NCBI RefSeq assembly: GCF_006345805.1 | Contig: NC_043004.1 | Coordinates: 95,356,001 to 95,420,000 of the forward strand | DNA: 64,000 nucleotides | Source of the DNA: Octopus sinensis | Taxonomy: Eukaryota | Direction of reading: 5' to 3' | In this document: positions 39,207 through 53,089 of the stretch, in pieces | Layout: each line of letters opens with the position of its first letter | Position numbering within the stretch: the stretch's first letter is position 1 | Notes under the pieces: generated by a model | Told to the model about the DNA's origin: nothing | What the model saw: only the letters and a program-made list of their open reading frames with translations | Databases searched by the model: none | Program-made: the position numbers and the translations under genes

Positions 39207-39437
39207 GATTTTTTTTCTTGCTTTCTGTTACCCATCCACCAAGAAAACAAACAGAGAAGTCTATGTCCACAGGAGTCAAACTCCTAGCATAAAGGAATAC
39301 ATGTGAACAGTATTTTGTTTGGCTCTTTCTTAATTATATCATCCTACCACTTAAAATAGCAAGGACATTTTGTCGAACACTTTGATAATTCTACTATTCC
39401 AAAACCCCCGAAAGTTCTTTCTATTATATGTATAAGT

Positions 39438-39790
39438 AAGGTGGTGAGACGTCTTTACATTCTGAGTTCAGATTCCACCGAGGTTGACTTTGCCTTTCAT
39501 CCTTTCAGGGTCAATGAAATAAATACCAGTTGAGCACTGGGGTCGATGCCATCAACGAGCCCCCTCTCCCAAAATTTCAGGCCTTGAGCCTATAGCAGAA
39601 AAGGTTTTAGGTATAAGGTATGAAGGTGGTGAGACATCTTTACATTCTGAGTTCAGATTCTGCTCAGGTTGACTTTGCCTTTCATCCTTTCAGGGTCAAT
39701 GAAATAAATACCAGTTGAGCACTGGGGTCGATGCCATCGACAGGCCCCCTCTCCCAAAATTTCAGGCCTTGAGCCTATAGCAGAAAAGGT
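39438..39790 (+). mobile_element. Two tandem headless SINE B units (tail variant 2), period 185 bp
   Basis: aaggtggtgagac at 39438 and 39623, each followed by core and aaatttcaggccttgagcctatagcagaaaagg. Confidence 0.85.
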
Positions 39791-40007
39791 TATAGGTATA
39801 AGGTCTGAAATTTGGTCAGGAAGGGTTTAGTTAATTACGTTGTTCCCAATGTTCAATTTTTACTTATTTTATCGACCCTGAATGGATGAAAGACTATATC
39901 AACCTTAGTAGTATTTGAACTCAGAATTTTAAGTCATGAGAAATTCTGCAAATCATTTTATCCATCATGGTATCAATTTAGCCAACTTGCTGTTTTCAAA
40001 ATATTAA

Positions 40008-40227
40008 CCCTTTCGTTACCGTATTTATCTTGAGATGCTCTGTTTTATTCAATTAATTTTAAATAGAACAAAGAATTTAGTAAAATAACTTAGTTAGCAT
40101 TAAGCTAGTGTCAGGAACATAAATTGTGACTAAGGTCTGGTGGAAGATTTTGATTCAAAACTTATGGAAACAAGACATTTGTACTACAGAGCCAGAGGCA
40201 GTTTCAGCTGAGTCGGTATCGAAGGGA
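40008..40227. mobile_element. piggyBac-type MITE
   Basis: TTAA|ccctttcgttacc ... ggtatcgaaggga|TTAA. Confidence 0.7.
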
Positions 40228-40239
40228 TTAATATGAATA

Positions 40240-40685
40240 GCAATGATTTCAAATTTTGGCACAAAGCTGGCAATTTGGGGGGGGGGGGCGGGGGTAAGTT
40301 GGTTAAATCAACCACAATACTCAACTGGTACTTATTTTATTGATCCCGAAACGATGAAAGGCAAAGTTGGCCTCAGTGGAATTTTAACTCAGTAAATGAA
40401 GACAGACAAAATAATGCTAAACATTTTGCCCAGTGTGTTAACAATTCTGCCTGTTCACCATCTTAATGATAATACTAATACCTTCTACTTCAGGCACAAG
40501 GCCTGAAATTTGAGGGGAAGAGGCTAGTCAATTACATCAACTCCAGTACATAACTGGTACTTATTTCATCAACCTCAAAAGAATAAAAGGCAGCACCTAC
40601 CTCAGTGGAATTTGAACTCAGAAAGTAGAGACTGACAAAATGCTACTAGGAACTTCCTTTGCTCAGTGTGCTAACAGTTCTGCTA
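40240..40685 (-). mobile_element. Two degenerate SINE B copies (tail variants 3 and 2)
   Basis: tttcaaattttggcacaaag.. and cttcaggcacaaggcctgaaattt.., each followed by core remnants. Confidence 0.7.
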
Positions 40686-41132
40686 ATATTAACAACTGCT
40701 ATGATTAGCATTAAATGAAAATGCAGATATTCTGAAGGCAAAATGTATATATTATATCTAATATTTAAATGCATGATGTATGCTGCATTTGATAGTGGGA
40801 ATTGTTGGAACAGGTTTTATTTTACCTTTTGAAAACATTAGCAAAATTTTATAGCAAAACGTACAATGGGTCTAATACAAATTTACTGTCTTTACTTGAT
40901 TAGTCTGCAGGAAGCAAAATAATGCTGAATATAATGTAGAAGCAATCAGAATAACATGGAATAAATTGGTGATATTATCTCAATGACATTGAATGAAATG
41001 AAAGAGGAATCAAAATTAAAAAGAAGAGCAAATTGAGTGACCACAAGCACATAATTCTTACTGGAATGGCCATGGATCTCTAGGTAGCACATTTTTAGTT
41101 CTGCAAACCTTATTCACTTGGTTGTGAGTCTA

Positions 41133-41290
41133 TATTGAGGGGGTGCTGAAAAGTTCCTGGCTTTGGGTAAAAGAAAATACAGGAGAATCAATTAATTATG
41201 ATTTTATTCAACATATTCCACTCTCAGATTCCCACACTTATTTCAACAGTTCTTCATATTTTTCTAAGCCCTGTAAATGAACTTGGAAGG
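41133..41290. mobile_element. Mariner-type MITE, left part
   Basis: gagggggtgctgaaaagttcctggctttggg, same family as 22964. Confidence 0.7.
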
Positions 41291-41302
41291 CACTCCTGCA
41301 CC

Positions 41303-41334
<32 letters not shown>

Positions 41335-41729
41335 ATACATATATACACGAGTATGTGTGTGTATTGTCTTCCATCATTGCTTGACAACTGATGTTGGTAT
41401 GTTAGCATCTCTGTAGCTTTGTGGTTCAGTAAAGGAGACCAATAGAATAAACATCAGACTTAAACCGATTACTCAAAAAATGCAACATTCTGATAGTAAT
41501 CCAAGCAAACTCAATCTGATGATGATGATGATGATGATGACAATGATGATGATGATGGTGATGACAACAACAATGATGTTCTATATTTAAGACATGAGGA
41601 ATTATGTAAACTATTTACATTGTTTACATTTGACGGATATTTGTTCTCATCTTTGTGGTTAACATGTTTTGGCTGATATTACCCTCCAGCCTTTTTCAGG
41701 TGTCTTGGGGAAATTTCATTTTTTCTATG

Positions 41730-41793
<64 letters not shown>

Positions 41794-41839
41794 CTTTTTT
41801 TCTTTTGTTTTATTATTATTATTATTTTTATTCACCTCC

Positions 41840-42017
41840 CCCAGTGGGACGAAGTTAAAATAATAGATAGAGAACACCACTGGAAAATATGTAAATTAAA
41901 AGAAGAAGCACATATGCTAGGACACAACAACCTCCTAAGCAGACCGAGTGCAGAAATGAGTAGCACATGGGGACCGTTATTAAGGAAGGATTGGAGAATA
42001 TTAGATTTATAAGCCCT
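41840..42017 (+). mobile_element. PLE GIY-YIG C-terminal fragment
   Basis: QWDEVKIIDREHHWKICKLKEEAHM...STWGPLL* resembles the PLE motif WDxVKILDRExxWxxRKxKEA. Confidence 0.65.
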
Positions 42018-42713
42018 AAAATTCACTCCATAATTTCCCACAGGCATATGGTGAAGTGGTTAAGAGCACGGGGGAGAGGACGGGTGGAGGAATAAGAATT
42101 ATAACAATGATGATGATGAGGATGAGGATGATGATGTTGACTACAATCTGTAACACGATTTGAACTGCATATCCTGTGGTCAAGCAGATCCTCATGACAA
42201 AGTTGGCCCCCCCCAACAGTTCCCTTCCTCATATTTTTATATTCAAATGCTTTACTACTTGGACGTAATATCAGGCTTGCCTATCTGATGGGGAATTTTT
42301 ATTACTATTTACAGATTCCGATTCGTTTTACAAATGGAACATGTTATCAGCCAATTGAATAAACATTTATTTCATAAGTCATTTTTGGCTGTATTTACTG
42401 CCATTCCTATTAGCCACAGCATCAAGTAATCCAGAGCCAAACTGATGTTGTATGGATATTTTTACCATTATCGCAAGTTTAAATGAAATCAAATTCTATA
42501 TTGGTGGCAGTGAAACTCTGATCTATTCATGTAACCCATTGTTTGGTTTACTGCAAATTCGGAACATAAACCTATGATCTTCCCATGTAGTGTCTGTGTA
42601 TTAGCAAATAAATTTTGGTTTCTTAAACCCGCCATCGTTCAAACTATGTTGGTATGTACATACGCACATAGCTGACTTTGTATAGAGATACATATGCATG
42701 CATGTATGTGTGC

Positions 42714-42783
<70 letters not shown>

Positions 42784-44052
42784 ATATATATCTGTATGTA
42801 TATTGTCAAAACATTGTATGAGTGCTGGAAACTTTGTACAATAAATGTTATGCTAAATATTACCAAACAAAACGACTTGCATTTTTCAGAAAATTGTCAT
42901 TGTGCACAATGTTTGCAATTTGTATATATGCATTTATGGTCGAGCTTTTTAGGATTTTGTATATGTGTGTACGTGCATGTGTGTGTATGTGTGTGTGTGT
43001 GTGTGTGTATGTGTGTGTTCTTTTTTTGAGCATGTATGAGCATTTGGGACATACACACCATGGACTCATACACAGGCATACACATACTTGCGTACACATA
43101 CATACACAGACACACACACGCACTCACAATCACTTGCAAGTAAATCTTTCTCTGTGTGTATGTGTGTGTGCATTTGTATGTGTGTGTGTGTGTGTATTCC
43201 TTTACTCTTTTCTATGTTTCTGCCCTAAGGCTGTGGCCATATAACACACACATACACACATACATACATACATATTTATACATATATATATACATATATA
43301 TATATACATATATATACATATATATATATATATATTTATATGTGTGTGTGTATATATATATATACATACATATATATATATACACACACATATATATAAA
43401 TATAAATATATATATATTTAAATATATGTGTATGTATATATATATATTTTATATTTTATATATATATATATATATCTATATATATATATATTATATATAT
43501 ATATAATATATATATATACATATATACATACCTATATACTTATATACATATGCAAAGAGTTAAACATACATGTTTTATCCACACACAAAATACTTAGGTT
43601 ACTTTTGTGAACCCTGGAGATTATGAGGCTAGATTCTATAGTAATAAGAAAATTAACAATAACCTACCCCTTTAAAATGGTATCCTTGCATAAGGCATAT
43701 AACATTTTGAGATAAGCTAGGATTTAACAATAGTAAAATGAATCAAGTTATACAAAATTAAATATTCTACTCATAGACAGAACTGGCAGCAAATTCAGGT
43801 TTGTGTATCTGAATGTCTTTATCCATTTATTTACATAGGTTTACATGAGTGTGCATATACATATATAGGCAGGTGTATGAATAAATACATATGTAAATGC
43901 ATATATATGTATATGTAATTGTGTGTGTGTGTAAATATGTATATATACATATAGTATATGTCTGTGTGTCTATGTGTACATGTGTAAATATATATAGCAT
44001 CATCCATTTATAGATTTTGTACAATTTCTCCATTATATATATATGCATTTGT

Positions 44053-44087
44053 AGATAGATAAATAGATAGACAGATAGATAGACAGA

Positions 44088-44123
<36 letters not shown>

Positions 44124-44155
44124 TAGATACATACATACATAAATAGATAGATAGG

Positions 44156-44217
<62 letters not shown>

Positions 44218-44218
44218 T
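44053..44218. repeat. (GATA)n microsatellite
   Basis: Direct reading. Confidence 0.95.
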
Positions 44219-44341
44219 ACATTATCTGTAGTCATTTATGCAAGTAAGCATACACATATGAAGATACTCACACACTGGCATACATAGAAAAGCATACACA
44301 TATAAATATATGTGTATGTGTGTATATGTTTACACACATAT

Positions 44342-44379
<38 letters not shown>

Positions 44380-44777
44380 AAGAGGGTGAGAGAAATAGAG
44401 TGGATGAGAGAAAAATTGGAGACAGAAAAGAGAAATAGAGACCACAATGGCATATATCTATAAATATATTGACAACACACTTCACATACATACGTAACAT
44501 ACAGACATACATACATATACATATATGCATGTGACCAAGTATAGTAAATAGTCGATACTAATAATATTGACTGTTTATCACACTTGTCTGAGATAAACAA
44601 AATATTGATTCATTGATATTTATATATATGGAAAGAAAGAACAAAGAAACTGTTATTTCTAAAAGTATAGAAGAAGTTTGTTTTGTTCTATTTGTTTGTT
44701 TTTTAGTTGTTGTTTTTTTTTGTTTTTGTTTTTTATTCTCAAGCGTTAAAAACTGAACACATGACAGTATTCCATAC

Positions 44778-44858
44778 GTCTGATGTATTCAATGAGTTTA
44801 ACTTTCCCACGAGCTTCATCAAGTCCTTTGCGCTTTTGTCATTTTCCATTTCTAATGT
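44778..44858 (-). CDS. Candidate internal exon TLEMENDKSAKDLMKLVGKLNSLNTSD
   Basis: Acceptor catctctctttatag, donor gtatgg, 81 nt, phase 0-0. No homology recognised. Confidence 0.3.
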
Positions 44859-45288
44859 CTATAAAGAGAGATGTATCGAGTCTGATGCTTTTTATATGCA
44901 TCTCTGGGGTGATGCTGCATCCCAGAGGGGGGAAAAAAAAAACCTATCTCTAAATGCCCCTGTCTGGCTAGCTGTAAACAAATACCACAGAATGTTATAG
45001 AGAAATGTTATAAATAACAAAGCACTCTTTGACTGATGAAATGTGCTGTTATCTTGTAGTATTATGTTCAAATCCTACCAAAGATAATAGGGATACCCCC
45101 AGTTGAATTTCTCATCCTATACATGCCATAGAACAGCTACCCAGTGATTTCTTTCACAATTATGGGAGCTATGTTACAACCACTACTGCTATTTGTACTA
45201 CTACTAGTCTTACATCTGTATTTTTAATGATAATTAACTTATTCAGTGCTTGGGTGTACTATAACTCATCAGAAAAAGTTTAAAATTA

Positions 45289-45712
45289 GGCAGCGAGCTG
45301 GCAGAATCGTTAGCATGCCGGGCGAAATGCTTAGCGGCATTTCGTCTGCCGCTACGTTCTGAGTTCAAATTCCGCCGAGGTCGACTTTGCCTTTCATCCT
45401 TTTGGGGTCAATTAAAAAAAATAATAAGTACCAGTTACACACTGTGGTCGATATAATCGACTTAACCTGTTTGTCTGTCCTTGTTTCTCCTCTCTGTACT
45501 TAGCCCCTTGTGGGTCGTAAAGAAATAGGTATTTCGTCTGCCGTTACGTTCCGAATTCAAATTACGCTGAGGTCAATTTTGCCTGTCATCTTTCCTGGGT
45601 CAATAAATTAAGTACCAGTTATGCACTGGGGTCGATGTAATCGACTCAATCCCTTTGTTTGTCCTTGTTTGTCCCCTCTATGTTTAGCCCCTTGTGGGCA
45701 ATAAAGAAATAA
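45289..45712 (+). mobile_element. SINE family B dimer
   Basis: Same junction aaagaaatag|gtatttcgtctg as the 6031 dimer. Confidence 0.9.
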
Positions 45713-45999
45713 TAAGAAAAAGTAACAAAAACTGCATGAACAATACATAGAATGTAGAATATGCACAGAAAGTTAAAAAAAGCAAAAAAAGCAAAAATCA
45801 AACATGTTTCCTTACAGCTGTTTCTATTAGGTGCCTAATTGAAACAGCTGTAAGGGATCATGTTTGATTTTTCCAGATAATAAATTTTTATTAAATGTTA
45901 TATCTCCAATTTCTAATTTTTTTTCGTATGATTATAAACCATGATTTATATATAAACCTATTGATTTATGAATATTATTTAGCTTGATTTATTGTACAC

Positions 46000-46575
46000 C
46001 TGATGCCTGGTGGGCATCAGGTGTACTGTTGGCAAATTTCAGGAAGTATGCAAGTTCTGAAGGATGTAGTGTCTTGACAGCTACCAAATGATGCAGGTAA
46101 TTTATTCAATGCCTCAGCGATTCTGAGTATGTAAAAATGTTTCTGAAACTCATGGGTGCCACGTTGTTTTTTTAATTTTGTAAGCATGTCCACAAGTGTT
46201 AGACTTACGGAATTCACAAAGGTACCCAAGATTATTGTTGGGAAGATGGTGGATAATCTAGTGGGTGTCTACCAATCAGTTGCCAGTCATTGAAGCGTTA
46301 ATGTATCCAGGGAAACAAAGCATTCAGAGTATAGTAGATGCCTGATAGTGGGCATTCGTATCTGGTTGCACATTTCTGAACAGTTTCCAGGAGATTGATA
46401 TGCTGAACAAGATAAGAGCTCCAAACTGGTGATGCAAACTCTAAGTGTATATTTACCATCACCATATACAGCGCTGGAGAGTGACTGACAAAGCTCTTAC
46501 TGAGGGATGCTAAGATACCTTCAGCCTCCTTGACAATCTTAGCAATGTTGTTTGTCCAATGCAGTGTTACAGATT
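46000..46575 (-). mobile_element. Degraded CR1-clade LINE ORF2 C-terminus
   Basis: HWTNNIAKIVKEA..HLEFASPVWSSYLVQHINLLETVQKCATR, followed by GHAYKI and NKLP remnants. Confidence 0.8.
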
Positions 46576-46772
46576 CAGAGTTAAAATTGTATATAATGAG
46601 TACAATGTCAAATAAAAAGTCTTACAGTGTTCAGTTGTAACCCATTACATTCTGTATTCAATTATCACTAAAACTAACTGAAATTTAACTCAGAACATAA
46701 AGTCAGATGAAATATCACTCAACATTTTCTTGTATGCTAATGATTCTGCCAGCTTATATATAGGAATAATAT

Positions 46773-47149
46773 TGGTCACTCTAACGCTAGATATAGATGC
46801 ACGAAGGGAATCTACCACTAAACAACGCGCGTGAATGAGGATATTTGAAGGTAACTGCAGATATAATCGGCTGTGCCATTCGCCTTTATTCGGCTTCGTA
46901 TGGATGTTGGCGTTCGACTCAGGAAATTATAATTTTTTTATATACTCTACTGAAGATCCGAAAATGATTGAGTAAGTAAAATTACACAATCTATTAACGA
47001 TGAAACAATTGTATAGAGTTAATCTATTTTTTCTTTATTTTTCATTTGTCCTGCTCGCTTACATTCTTGGCGCGTTGAATTAATTCTTGAGAACAATTCT
47101 TTGGTGGTGGATTCCCTTCGTGGATCTATATCTAGCGTTAGAGTGACCA
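46773..47149. mobile_element. MITE with ~45-bp terminal inverted repeats
   Basis: tggtcactctaacgctagatatagatgcacgaagggaatctaccac versus gtggtggattcccttcgtggatctatatctagcgttagagtgacca. No TSD is evident. Confidence 0.8.
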
Positions 47150-47609
47150 CATGTGGACTCTCTCTCATTAATTGGAATAATATTGGGATATATTGTCAGA
47201 ATATAGGAACAACATACTGAATTATCTGGGATTATAGTAATGTTAGAAGGAACAATATTTTTTAAATCTCTTTAATCCCAAAGTAATTATTGGATTGCAA
47301 TAATGTGCATCAATGTATAAACTTCTTCTCCAAGTAACTTATACTTAATCTGCTTTTCATGTAAATGTCACTTCAACAATGAGGCTAACAACAAACTATA
47401 TGACACCTTATGACTTATTGTAAGTTAGAGCTGGAATTAATAAATGAATAATAGGATGTAATTGTAAGGTTTGGTTCAAGAGCTTTTCTGCAATGATCGG
47501 CATTTGACATTTCTTTCACTCAGGAGCTACTTCAGAATCTAAACAAATACACTTTTACACAGTCAGATGTTTGCCAATCATCGTATGCTTATATACCTGC
47601 ATACTTAAC

Positions 47610-47659
<50 letters not shown>

Positions 47660-48039
47660 CTGTACCTATGTATGTATGCTTATATGTAACAGGAAAACAA
47701 TCTCTCTCTCTCTCTCTTTCTCGCTCTCTTTATCCACCTATCTATTGAAAGAAATATATTCACACAGTTTCATTTATGTAATTTCCTGTAAACCTTACAA
47801 AGTACTTGAATCATAATCAAGAGATTGTATTCATATTGATATTAAGGCTAAATAAAGGACTGGACTTTTATCGCAATCTTTAATTGCAAGATGTTTAACC
47901 ACTTAGTAATCTTTTATACACACACATAAATACATTTCAGTATGCATACTCACAAATATATACCGCTCTCCATACTGGTATTTCCCTGTCATCTGAACCC
48001 CCCCCATTCTTGTCCATCACTCACTACATTTAATTTTTT

Positions 48040-48815
48040 ATTATCCACAAGGGGCTAAACATAGACGGGACAAACAAGGACAGACAAAGGGACTAAGTCG
48101 ATTACATCAACCCCAGTGCATAACTAGTACTTATTTAATCAACCCCAGAAAGATGAAAGGCAAAGTCGACCTAGGTGGAATTTGAGCTCAGAATGTAGCG
48201 GCAGACGAAATACCTATTTCTTTACTACCCACAAGGGGCCGCTAAACACAGAGGGGAGAAACAAGGACAGACAAAGGAACTAAGTCGATTACATCAACCC
48301 CAGTGCATAACTGGTACTCACTTGATCGACCCCGAAAGGATGAAAGGCAAAGTCAACCTCGGCGGAATTTGAGCTCAGAATGTAGCGGCAAATGAAATAA
48401 ATATTTCTTTACTACCCACAAGGGGCTAAACACAGAGGGGACAAACAAGGACAGATAAATGGATTAAGTCGATTATATCGACCCCAGTGCATAACTGGTA
48501 CTTGTTTAATCGACCCCGAAAGGATGAAAGGCAAAGTCAACCTCGGCGGAATTTGAGCTCAGAATGTAGCGGCAAATGAAATAAATATTTCTTTACTACC
48601 CACAAGGGGCTAAACACAGAGGGGACAAACAAGGACAGATAAATGGATTAAGTCGATTATATCGACCCCAGTGCATAACTGGTACTTGTTTAATCGACCC
48701 CGAAAGGATGAAAGGCAAAGTCAACCTCGGCGGAATTTGAACTCAGAATGTAACGGCAGATGAAATACTGCAAGCATTTCGCCCAGCGTGCTAACATTTC
48801 TGCCAGCTCGCCACC
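48040..48815 (-). mobile_element. SINE family B tetramer (one head, four core+tail units, ~184-bp period)
   Basis: Four successive tails ..cacaaggggc(cgc)taaaca(c/t)aga. The last two junctions are identical. Confidence 0.9.
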
Positions 48816-49139
48816 TTTATCACTCACTATATTAACCTCTGACTTCTACCTCCACCTATTTAGTCCCCCCTTTTATGTCTTGCAAGTTTCACAACAACCT
48901 CACAAGTATCGGTAGCACATAAAAATCACCCAGTACACTCTGTATAGTGGTTGCTATTAAGAAGGGCATTCAGTCATACAAAACCATACCAAAGATGACA
49001 CTGGAGCTTGATGCAGCCCTGTGGTTCACCGTTTTCCTGTCAAACCATCCAACTCGTGAAAAACAGACATTAAATGAAAGTGATGAGGATGATAATGAGT
49101 AATGTACAAAACTGAATTTATTATTTATCTGTTTAAACA

Positions 49140-49360
49140 TGGTGGCGAGCTGGAAGAATCGTTAGCATGCCGGGTGGAATTCTTAGCTGTATTTCATCTG
49201 CCGCTACATTATGAGTCCAAATTCCGCCAGAGTCAGCTTTACCTTTCATACTTTCAGGGTCAATTAAATAAGTACCAGTTATACACTGGGGCCGATGAAA
49301 TTGACTATGCCCCTCCCCCAAATTTCAGGTCTTGTGCCTATAGTAGAAAGGATTATTTAT
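49140..49360 (+). mobile_element. SINE family B, tail variant 2
   Basis: Ends aaatttcaggtcttgtgcctatagtagaaaggattatt. Confidence 0.85.
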
Positions 49361-49466
49361 CTATTTAAACAAAAGCAGCAAGCTGGCAGAATTGTTAGCA
49401 TACTGGACAAAAATGCTTAGCAGTATTTCATCCATCTTCATGTTGACTCAGGCCTTTCATACTTTC

Positions 49467-49860
49467 GGAGTCAATGAAATAAGTACTGGTCACATACTGG
49501 AGTCAATGAAATAAGTACTGGTCACATACTGGAGTCAATGAAATAAGTACTGGTCACATACTGGAGTCAATGAAATAAGTACTGGTCAATACTGGAGTCA
49601 ATGAAATAAGTACTGGTCACATTACTGGAGTCAATGAAATAAGTACTGGTCACATACTGGAGTCAATGAAATAAGTACTGGTCACATACTGGAGTCAATG
49701 AAATAAGTACTGGTCACATACTGGAGTCAATGAAATAAGTACTGGTCACATACTGGAGTCAATGAAATAAGTACTGGTCACATACTGGAGTCAATGAAAT
49801 AAGTACTGGTCACATACTGGAGTCAATGAAATAAGTACTGGTCACATACTGGAGTCAATG
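49467..49860 (+). repeat. 32-bp minisatellite (12 units plus 10 bp) inside a SINE B copy (49375-49920)
   Basis: Unit ggagtcaatgaaataagtactggtcacatact, which is the SINE B core segment ggggtcgataaattaagtaccagttacgcact. Confidence 0.95.
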
Positions 49861-50307
49861 TAATTGATATTCTTTTCTCCGAAATTTCAAGCCTTGTACC
49901 CATAATAGAAAGTATCATTTATTTATAGCACCATTTGAGCATTGGGCTTCATGGAGGCAGTGACAGGTAACTGAGATCTTTGGTAATACACCATGCTTGT
50001 GTAGACTTGTTAAGCCAAGTGAGATCATAGTCGGGGCCGATGATGATGGCACATCAATGGCATCCACGCCAGTGGCAAGTAAAAAGCACCCACTACAGTC
50101 TTGGAGTGGTTGGCATTAGAAAGGGCATCCAACTGTTGAAACCTTGCCAAATCAGATTGGAACCTAGTGCAGCTCCCTGGGTTACCAATTTTCAGTAAAA
50201 CCATCCAACCCATGCCAGCATGGAAAGCGCCATTAAATGATGATGATGATGAATTTAAACATCCAGTAAAGCTGGTAAACTATAGCAGACTGAGAAAGGG
50301 TATGTAA

Positions 50308-50538
50308 GGTGGCGAGCTGGCAGAAACGTTAGTATGCTTGGCGAAATGCTTAGCGGTATTTCGTCTGCGTTACGTTGTGAGTTCAAATTCCGCCGAGGTC
50401 GACTTTGCCTTTCATCCTTTCGGGGTCGATGAATTAAGTACCAGTTATGCACTGGGGTCGATGTAATCGACTTAATACCTATGTCTGTCCTTGTTTGTCC
50501 CCTCTGTGTTTAGCGGCCCCTTGAGGTATAAAGAAATA
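50308..50538 (+). mobile_element. SINE family B, full length
   Basis: Head, core and Tx1-like tail. Confidence 0.9.
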
Positions 50539-51112
50539 GGTATATAATTCTCCTCATATCCAAGAAGGTAAAAGAAAATCAAAAGAAAAACAGTACAAAC
50601 CAAGAGCAGTTAAATGAATCGGAAGATCTTATTTATGGTTGGTTGGTCCCTGAAAATAAATTGCATTTACAAAATTGATTGTCTTTTAAAGACCGGTTTT
50701 AGAATGTCCTCTCCATCCCTAGCCCTTTCAGCTTGGTAATTTTTGCATTGGAACAAATAATGTCATAGGGTGTTTCTTTGTATATAAAATAAGCTTCTTT
50801 TCTAAGTTTTTTTTTTATATAACAAGACATTAGGGGTGTGCATTATACATGAGAATCAAATGCTATCTATTTTAGTTTTATTTAATTTAAGATCTAAACC
50901 TGCACAATTTATGTACCATGAAATTACATATGAAACATTCGATGGAGTTGTTTAAAAATCTGTTTTTATTCTCAGAAAATTTTAAATGCTTCAATTTATT
51001 AAGATTTTAATTTTATAAAAAAAAAGTTAATCAAAAAATATTTTTCAATTAAAAACAGTTGCGATTGAATTTTGTAATATATCCATCCACTCGTACAAAT
51101 TTTCATCGTATA

Positions 51113-51315
51113 CTTTATCACTTCTGCCTTAGCAAAGTTGGAGGTATTATTTTCAGTCATGTTTGTTTGTTCATCTGTCTGTCCGTGGACAAGATATCTC
51201 AGGAACCGCTGGCTGGATTCTGATGTAGCTTTCAGAGATGTTTGGCTATATGACTGGCACAAACTGATTAGATTTTTGGGACCAATCTGGTACCGGACAA
51301 GGATTCTGGATTATT
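51113..51315 (+). mobile_element. Truncated Helentron/DINE-like non-autonomous element
   Basis: tttatcacttctgcc..ggaggtattattttcagt..(gtyt)n..gatatctcaggaaccgctggctggatt is typical of HINE 5' ends (from memory of the family). Confidence 0.55.
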
Positions 51316-51340
51316 TTTCAATGATGACTATAGCATGGGA

Positions 51341-51545
51341 ATAGGAGTTCACGAAGGTACAGTCCTCATTCCTTTCCTCATCATTATAGTCCTACAAGCC
51401 ATCACAGAGGAGTTTAAAATTGGCCCTCCATGGGAATTCCTTAATGCTGAATTTATAGGGGAATTAGAAAATGGATGCTAAAACTACAATCAAGAGGTCT
51501 TAAAGGTAAACTTAGCACAGATGAAAATTTTAGTAACTAGGAATG
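51341..51545 (+). mobile_element. RTE-clade RT fragment
   Basis: IGVHEGTVLIPFLIIIVLQAITEEFKIGPPWEFLNAEF resembles VGVHQGSVLSPLLFIIVLEAITEEFxTGCPWELLYADD. Confidence 0.75.
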
Positions 51546-51655
51546 ATGACACAACTCTGTATGTATAGGTAATGAGAAATTATGGAGGTGAGCTCTTTCC
51601 AAGAAACAACAACATAGGTCTCAATTTACTGAGCGATTAGATTAAAGTATATATA

Positions 51656-51699
<44 letters not shown>

Positions 51700-51703
<4 letters not shown>

Positions 51704-51899
51704 ATCCAAACAAGAAAGCACAAAAAACACAACAACGCGAGGACGTGGAACAAATATAGTATTATTGGACGCTCAGGAAAGAAGGAAAGAAGGCGGGTTT
51801 AACGTTTCGAGCGGAGATCTTCGTCGGAAACATAGGAGAAGGAAAGATCCAGAGAAGGGAAGACAGAGGAAACAAAAAATCGCCAACAGTACACACGAG
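51700..51899 (-). mobile_element. Second copy of the hammerhead family 1 repeat (motif at 51797-51831)
   Basis: GUUU-CCGACGA-A-GAUC ucc GCUC-GAA-ACGU-U-AAAC, with one helix II mismatch. Confidence 0.75.
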
Positions 51900-52814
51900 A
51901 TATATATGTATGTATATATGTGTGTGTGTGTGTATATATATATATGTATGTATATATATATATATATATGTATATATTATATATATGTGTGTATGTATGT
52001 ATATGAATATGCACAACTAGGCCCTTCACCCAATTTGTTCCTAAAGTCATCCTAACCACATATCAACTCTCTAAGTACCGTTCTTCCTCAGTATCACTTT
52101 TTCTTCTCCCAAACCAGAATTAACTTTGGTTCTCCTGTTCATCCACCTCATTATCTTTCCTTCTCTACCATAATACATATCTCACTCTCCCTATGCCCTA
52201 CCCCTGCCTTCCCCACACACACACACACTCTTGCAAACTACCCAACCACACATCATCCTTCTCTTTCTTTCTGTTGTTCTATCATCCTTCCTCTGTCTAC
52301 TGTATCACCATTATTATTCTGCTGTTCCTCAGCTGACTCACCCAAGTGTTCTGCACTGTCAGTCATCACCTACTCTCCCACCTCTTCTCCTACTTATATG
52401 CATCATTGGTCTTCCCATCCCACCCTTTATCCACCATTTTATAGATCCACCACTCAACATTATCCAGTCTCTACAGTCATCACTTAGTCTTCCCTACCAC
52501 CCTTACTTATCATCTTACAACACATATTCTTCATTCATTATACTCATCAACCCTACCTTACTCATTTCCCATTTCTCCCCCTCTCTTACATTTTTTGCAA
52601 CATCTGCCCACCCACTCTCACACCTCTTCATTTCACCCTCATTTTTACTTGAGGCCCACTCTGAGACCTCATCACCACTATTTTCATCTTTTCCCAGCTC
52701 CAACCCAATCATTCTCACCCCCCTATCTGGTATATGAGTAGCCATGTAGCTTTTCTACAGCAAGAGACCTGTTCTGCTATGGGCCCCTTCTCTCATACTT
52801 TAACCCCCCCATCA

Positions 52815-53089
52815 CCTAACGCGGGGTCATTCCAAAAGCTCTATCTGCAAAAATTTCATCTCAATAGAAGGAGAGGGGCTTTCTCCATCCGGGTTGCGGA
52901 TCCGTGGAATAAGCTGCCAGACGAGATGGTGAAGATGCCGACGACCGCTCAGTTCAAAGTCTCCCTTGACCACAAGTGGCCTGAACTCTTTGCATGAATG
53001 CCGCCCTGTGCATGACTCCATGTCCCCCTACATGGCCTTGCTTTTTGCTTTTTTAGCCAAAAAATTAACTAACTAACTAACTAACTAAC
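52815..53089 (+). mobile_element. Young CR1-clade LINE 3' end with a (TAAC)n tail
   Basis: TRGHS/KLYLQKFHLNRRRGAFSIRVADPWNKLPDEMVKMPTTAQFKVSLD*, then a short UTR and (taac)n. Confidence 0.85.
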
